The position numbers were made by a program, and so were the translations under genes. From Cyanophyceae cyanobacterium (GTDB taxonomy: Bacteria > Cyanobacteriota > Cyanobacteriia > Cyanobacteriales > Laspinemataceae), in NCBI GenBank assembly GCA_038321985.1, contig JBBQFN010000008.1, positions 125,629 to 189,628 on the forward strand: a stretch of DNA of 64,000 nt, read 5' to 3'. Of the stretch, positions 59,228 through 64,000 are shown one piece after another. The notes below the pieces were generated by a model that saw only the letters and a list, made by a program, of their open reading frames with translations, was not told the origin of the DNA and searched no databases. Each line of letters starts with the position of its first letter. Within the stretch, counting starts at the first letter, position 1.

Positions 59228-60826
59228 GTGCCAAATCAGAACGTATCCAAGCAACGCCCGATGGCGGAACCTACCGCTAAACCCCGGAGTAAACAGCCTC
59301 CGAAAGAAAATCGGGGACGTTGGCTTTGGCTTTGTTTTGGCTTAAGTGGTGTTGCAATGCTCTCCGCAACAGCAGGAGCCTTGCTTGCTGTGTCTTTGTC
59401 CAGCACCCCCTTAATGCAAAGCCAATTAAGTGCTAAAGATGCAGCAATATTTTCTAAAACCGATCTGGCGCGGACCAATCTAAAATTGCCCGAGCTCACC
59501 CGGTCGGTTAATATTTTAATTCTGGGCAGCAGCGTTTTAACTTCGGACTTAAAAAACAAAGAAGAGATGGCTGACTTAGGATACCATGCCCCGGTTAATT
59601 CCTTGGATGGTCTCTCTGATGTCATGTTGTTAGTCCGATTTGATCCCCAAGCCAACAAATTAACGGTACTTTCTATCCCTAGAGATACCCAAACTTTAAT
59701 TGAAGGGTATGGCGTCCGCAAGATTAATGATGCCAACTACTTGGGCGGTCCTGCTCTGAGCGCGAAGGCGGTAAATGAACTCCTAGGCGGCATTCGCATT
59801 GACCGTTATATCCGGATCAATGTTCAAGGAGTAGAAAAATTAGTCGATGCCCTGGGCGGGGTCAAACTTTATGTCCCCGTGGATATGAAATACCAAGATG
59901 ATAGCCAACGCTTGTATATTAATCTCAAGCAGGGAGAGCAGTATCTCGCAGGTAAACAAGCGCTACAATTTCTCCGGTTTCGCTACGATAAGTTAGGGGA
60001 TATTGGTCGGATTCAACGTCAGCAAATGATGATGCGATCGCTGATGGAGCAAACTCTTAATATCAATACGATCGGGCGATTACCGAAAATTCTTTCGGTG
60101 GTTCAGGAATTCATTGATACCAACTTAACCCTTGAAGAAATTGCAGCTCTTGCGGGTTTTGCTGCCCAAACGGAATCTTCTAATGTGCAAATGTTAATGG
60201 TCCCTGGAGATTTCAGTGATCCTGCAGAATATAAAGCCAGCTATTGGTTGCCAAACTACGAGCGATTGGATTCAATGATCGCTGAACACTTTGATTTTGA
60301 CCTGCATGGCAGACATTATAATTCGGTGGAGCCGGCTTATGTTCGGGTCGCCATTCAAGACAGTACGGATGATTGGGAGGCGGTGGATCTGTTACGAAAT
60401 AGCCTGTCCGAACGTGGATATTGGAATGTGTATGTATCCAGTCCCTGGACCCAACCTTTAGCGGTTACGCGCATTGTTGCTCAAAATGGCGACCTCGAAA
60501 GCGCCCAGTCTATTCGGGATGCCCTCGGATTTGGCGAGGTTGTGGTGGAAAGTACGGGCAGTTTGCGATCGGATATCACGATTCAAATCGGTCAAGATTG
60601 GCTCACCGCGCAAAACCGCCCAAATACTACCCCCTCGGTTAATAATTCGGCATCGGAGTCCGATGATGCGGATTATTCTGAGCAGTATGCTGAACCGGCT
60701 TATGCGGAGGAATACCCAAGCGAACCTCCCGTTACGGATGAGTATAGTGATTCGACTCAGATGGACCCCTATGCGGATCCACCGCTGCCCGTGGAAGGCC
60801 GATATTGGGAATCCCCGGCTTACTAG
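59228..60826 (+). CDS. LCP (LytR-CpsA-Psr) family protein with LytR_C domain and acidic tail (ConR-like)
   Basis: TM segment, SDVMLLVRF, LSIPRDT, LRFR and GDIGRIQRQQ. GTG 59228 chosen from the upstream GAGG RBS; the ORF is open from 59168. Confidence 0.9.
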   Translation: MPNQNVSKQRPMAEPTAKPRSKQPPKENRGRWLWLCFGLSGVAMLSATAGALLAVSLSSTPLMQSQLSAKDAAIFSKTDLARTNLKLPELTRSVNILILGSSVLTSDLKNKEEMADLGYHAPVNSLDGLSDVMLLVRFDPQANKLTVLSIPRDTQTLIEGYGVRKINDANYLGGPALSAKAVNELLGGIRIDRYIRINVQGVEKLVDALGGVKLYVPVDMKYQDDSQRLYINLKQGEQYLAGKQALQFLRFRYDKLGDIGRIQRQQMMMRSLMEQTLNINTIGRLPKILSVVQEFIDTNLTLEEIAALAGFAAQTESSNVQMLMVPGDFSDPAEYKASYWLPNYERLDSMIAEHFDFDLHGRHYNSVEPAYVRVAIQDSTDDWEAVDLLRNSLSERGYWNVYVSSPWTQPLAVTRIVAQNGDLESAQSIRDALGFGEVVVESTGSLRSDITIQIGQDWLTAQNRPNTTPSVNNSASESDDADYSEQYAEPAYAEEYPSEPPVTDEYSDSTQMDPYADPPLPVEGRYWESPAY

Positions 60827-60906
60827 ACTCTCAGATTTAAGATCTGGGGTAAGGGGTAGGATGAGGCTTACAAGCTCAACCTTCTCCCTCACCCCGTCCC
60901 CAAGTT

Positions 60907-61695
60907 TTATCGAAAATTGTCGGGGTTGAGCTGATGGCTTGATCCTCTACTTTCTGTGAGTTGAGCGCCGGTGCCCCCATCTACAGGGTCGAGGAAGGGC
61001 CGTAAATCGATGCTTCCGGGCCGGATTTGAGTTGGAGTTCCACTGCCCGGAATGGGTACACCAAATACACCCTCTAGGGTCTGTAAGACATTTCCCCCAG
61101 AGCCGTTATCAACGATCGCATTCACCGCTTCGGTTTGACGACCGCTATCGGCAACGGTTAGGTTTTCAAAGACGCGATCGCGAATCATTTGGGGGTTCTC
61201 TCCCGGGGGGACTGTCAGCACAATCTGACAGGTCGGATTTTTCTGGGTCGTCACACAAATCGTGTCATACCCATTTTCTGAACCGATCGCCAGTTCTTGC
61301 ATCCCGTCTTCCCGGTAAAACTCTAAGCGACGGGCAATTTCGTTACAGCGTCGGTCTTCGGTCCAACCCCCACCCAAGCTGCTCGGTTTCGCCCACTCAT
61401 AAGTCTGTCCGGGTTGAGTTTGAGGGGAGTACATTACGGTGTACTGTCCATCCATGACTTGACAGGTAAACCGGGCGTTGCTGGCCGTGGGGGTCTCGCC
61501 ATCGGATGAATCCCCGGTTTCGGTTGGAGAATTGGGAGGAACTCGCACGTTATTCCGAGTCGGCAAATCCTGCGCCAACACGGCAACACTCGAACCCAAT
61601 AGCACCGTTAAACCTAAAGATACACTTAGCCCTCGGATGGCGGCAAAGGGAACCCATAGGGGTGATTTATATTTGGATCGAAACATAGCAAACAT
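60907..61695 (-). CDS. COP23 (circadian oscillating protein)-domain secreted protein
   Basis: Signal peptide. RFTC, GGGWTEDRRCNEIARRL, ENGYDTICV and CQIVLTVPPG motifs. Confidence 0.82.
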   Translation of the reverse strand: MFAMFRSKYKSPLWVPFAAIRGLSVSLGLTVLLGSSVAVLAQDLPTRNNVRVPPNSPTETGDSSDGETPTASNARFTCQVMDGQYTVMYSPQTQPGQTYEWAKPSSLGGGWTEDRRCNEIARRLEFYREDGMQELAIGSENGYDTICVTTQKNPTCQIVLTVPPGENPQMIRDRVFENLTVADSGRQTEAVNAIVDNGSGGNVLQTLEGVFGVPIPGSGTPTQIRPGSIDLRPFLDPVDGGTGAQLTESRGSSHQLNPDNFR

Positions 61696-62332
61696 CTCCG
61701 ATAATTTTATACGTCAGTCCTTAATCCTTCTTGAATTATGACAGGGCAACTCCTGAATTCCCACCGATCCCGCCGGGGCGATCGGTCACGGTGTTAATGA
61801 ACAACTGCCGAAATCTGGAGTAGATGAAAGACAAGAGTGCAAATTCACATAAAGAAGGGTCCTGATTTCCCTAGACGTCTTCTGGGGGTAAAAAGATTCT
61901 GAATGGGGGATGGAAATTCTGAATGGGGGCGCTCTACTTTTTTGGCAGTGAGATAAAATTAATTAGGGACAATGTTGACGGCACCGGAGGGATTAGACCC
62001 TGAAGTTCCCCCGGGCAAAAACCCCAATTTTTGGACTCGGGGATAACCCATCCGGGCGATCGCTACCCTAGATAATAACGGTACTTCTCAACCCAGGCTG
62101 AACCCTTGTCGAATACTACTATCCCAGCCATGTGCTATCTTCAGGGCGTATTGATTGTTTACCTAATCCCACAACTTACACTCTTCTCAATCTCATTCAA
62201 TATTGTAAGACAATTTTAGAGCTTCTAGTTCAGCCGTTTAGAGCAGGTTGGCTCATCGGTGTGGGGAAAATATGCCGATCACCTGACGCTTCCCTCTAAA
62301 ATAGAGAACGAACCCTCGCTCGCAACTGACTC

Positions 62333-63139
62333 ATGACCCCAAGTTCAGACCTGGAGACCGTGACCCAGCAAGACCCCCCCCAACTTTATAACCCGGGTGA
62401 CCTCAAACCCACTGAGGATGACCCTCGCGACCACTTCCCGGATGATGCGGAAATGTCTATCTTCGATCACCTCGAAGAACTGCGGATGCGAATTTTCTAT
62501 TCCCTGGTTAGCGTGGTGTTCGGGATGGTGGGGTGCTTCATCTTTGTGAAACCCATCGTTCACTTATTAGAGGTCCCGGCACAAGGGGCCAAGTTTCTGC
62601 AACTGGCACCAGGAGAATTTTTCTTTGTCTCCGTGAAGGTTGCTGGTTATAGCGGGTTGGTGGTGGCGAGTCCGTTCGTACTCTACCAAATTATCCAGTT
62701 TGTCCTCCCTGGATTGTCCCGGCGAGAACGTCGGATTATCGGTCCCATTGTGCTCGGATCAACCCTGCTATTTGGTGTGGGTCTAGTTTTTGCCTATATC
62801 GCTTTAATTCCAGCCGCCCTAAATTTCTTCGTCAGCTACGGTGCTGGGGTAGTCGAGCAAATGTGGTCGATAGACCGCTATTTTGAGTTTGTACTGCTGT
62901 TATTATTTAGCACTGGCTTAGCGTTTCAAATCCCAGTTATCCAAGCGCTGCTGGGGCTGCTAGGGATTGTCTCTTCCTCAAAAATGCTGGCAGGTTGGCG
63001 TTATGTCATCCTAGGTGCTGCCGTTTTAGGGGCAGTTTTAACGCCCTCTACTGATCCCCTGACCCAAAGTTTATTTGCCGGTGCAGTCCTGGCCCTATAT
63101 TTCGGAGGAGTGGGATTGGTGAAGGCGATGGGAAAATAA
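62333..63139 (+). CDS. tatC: Twin-arginine translocase subunit TatC
   Basis: [24 protein letters not shown] and TPSTDP motifs. Confidence 0.96.
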   Translation: MTPSSDLETVTQQDPPQLYNPGDLKPTEDDPRDHFPDDAEMSIFDHLEELRMRIFYSLVSVVFGMVGCFIFVKPIVHLLEVPAQGAKFLQLAPGEFFFVSVKVAGYSGLVVASPFVLYQIIQFVLPGLSRRERRIIGPIVLGSTLLFGVGLVFAYIALIPAALNFFVSYGAGVVEQMWSIDRYFEFVLLLLFSTGLAFQIPVIQALLGLLGIVSSSKMLAGWRYVILGAAVLGAVLTPSTDPLTQSLFAGAVLALYFGGVGLVKAMGK

Positions 63140-63339
63140 GCTGTTTTGCTTCAGTTCTAGCTTGATCGCCTGTGGGGAGAGGGGTCCTAGAGGCGATCGC
63201 CCTTGTGCTATCTGTCATACAATCACAGAGGGGGAATTTGCCAGTCTTTTTTCAGGTCCGGAGTCCGGTTTGAAGAAAAAGTGCCAGATCAAGATAACCT
63301 TAAGGGGTCTTTGCCCAATCACCGATAAAATTTTAAAGA

Positions 63340-64000
63340 GTAGAGACATGATTTAGTCATAGATTTGCTGGACATCTTAGGACAACAAGGTAAATACCAA
63401 AGGAAAGTGAAGTCATCTAATTGATGGTAAAATCAAGCAATGATTTACAAGGCTTTTCGTACCCAACTAAAACTCAATGACCGTCAAGCTACCTTGATGG
63501 CCCAACAGGCGGGCTATGCTCGGTTCGTGTTCAATTGGGGATTAGGTTTGTGGATGTCAGCTTATGAAGAGGGGCTAAAGCCTAATGTCAACTCCATCAA
63601 AAAGGTTTTCACCAATCATGTAAAACCTCAATATCCTTGGATGTCCAAATTGTCTTCTCGGGTATATCAATATGCCTTTATTAATTTAGGCGACGCCTTC
63701 AAGCGCTTTTTTAAAGGGATAGGCGGTTATCCGAAGTTCAAGAAGAAAGGTCGCCACGACAGTTTTACGCTTGACAACTGTGGCAAACCATTCAGGTTAT
63801 CAGGAACCCGTCATAAACTCCCCTTTGTGGGCTGGGTTTCTACATTTGAAGCCCTACCAAAAAGTTGGGTCAAGAAAGTTACGATAACAGGCCAAGCAGG
63901 TGACTGGTATATCAGCTTTTTCGTGGAAATCGCTGAAGAGATTACACCTAAATGCCGAGAGCGAATTGGAGTTGACCTCGGAATTAACACTTTGGCGACT
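63340..64000 (+). mobile_element. Probable non-autonomous tnpB-only element; left boundary approximate
   Basis: Only about 300 bp separate the tatC stop from tnpB, and no tnpA was recognised. Short GACAT-like repeats lie at 63345-63385. Confidence 0.55.
63440..64000 (+). CDS. tnpB: TnpB RNA-guided endonuclease (IS607/IS605-type), truncated by the window end and absent from the ORF track
   Basis: Manual translation gives 187 uninterrupted codons: MIYKAFRTQLKLN...AGYARFVFNWGL...YPKFKKK...DWYISF...IGVDLGINTLAT (RuvC-I Asp). Confidence 0.92.
   Translation, partial: MIYKAFRTQLKLNDRQATLMAQQAGYARFVFNWGLGLWMSAYEEGLKPNVNSIKKVFTNHVKPQYPWMSKLSSRVYQYAFINLGDAFKRFFKGIGGYPKFKKKGRHDSFTLDNCGKPFRLSGTRHKLPFVGWVSTFEALPKSWVKKVTITGQAGDWYISFFVEIAEEITPKCRERIGVDLGINTLAT

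Larger units (their letters stand above)
1..64000. repeat. HIP1 octamer GCGATCGC dispersed through the window
   Basis: Dozens of copies are visible in coding and non-coding DNA (e.g. 1386-1393; tandem pair 27436-27451). This is a hallmark of many cyanobacterial genomes. Confidence 0.95.

Noticed and set aside
63162..63356. 64-aa ORF upstream of tnpB as a candidate tnpA
   Set aside because: Too short, with no HUH/Y1 or serine-recombinase motifs.

Overview
A 64 kb chromosomal segment of a cyanobacterium, shown by dense HIP1 octamers (GCGATCGC) and by PatA, COP23, DUF1565-SLH and PEP-CTERM genes; an Oscillatoriales-like host is inferred. In order, it holds: (1) a chemosensory cluster with a PatA-type regulator, CheR-TPR, tandem CheW and two MCPs, one with a degenerate HCHC-containing tip, but no cheA or cheB in view; (2) a TPR-Slt lytic transglycosylase, an unusual SAM methyltransferase and pepA; (3) a PEP-CTERM GH5 hydrolase on a 57-bp-repeat stalk and a DUF1565/SLH protein; (4) a Gld-like ABC system with DUF4340, then purU and small conserved hypotheticals; (5) an MFS transporter and a sugar ABC importer lacking an ATPase; (6) a three-kinase cluster, cupin and PHP genes, a PAS-GGDEF-EAL protein, a penicillin-acylase-family enzyme and a 7-PAS hybrid kinase; (7) rpe, an S8 protease, an LCP gene with a probable Yfr1 sRNA site, COP23 and tatC; (8) a tnpA-less TnpB gene, missed by the ORF track, running off the right edge. 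Several REP-like and MITE-like palindromes sit between genes. No rRNA, tRNA or CRISPR array was seen. All family calls come from motif recognition by eye; no database searches were run.
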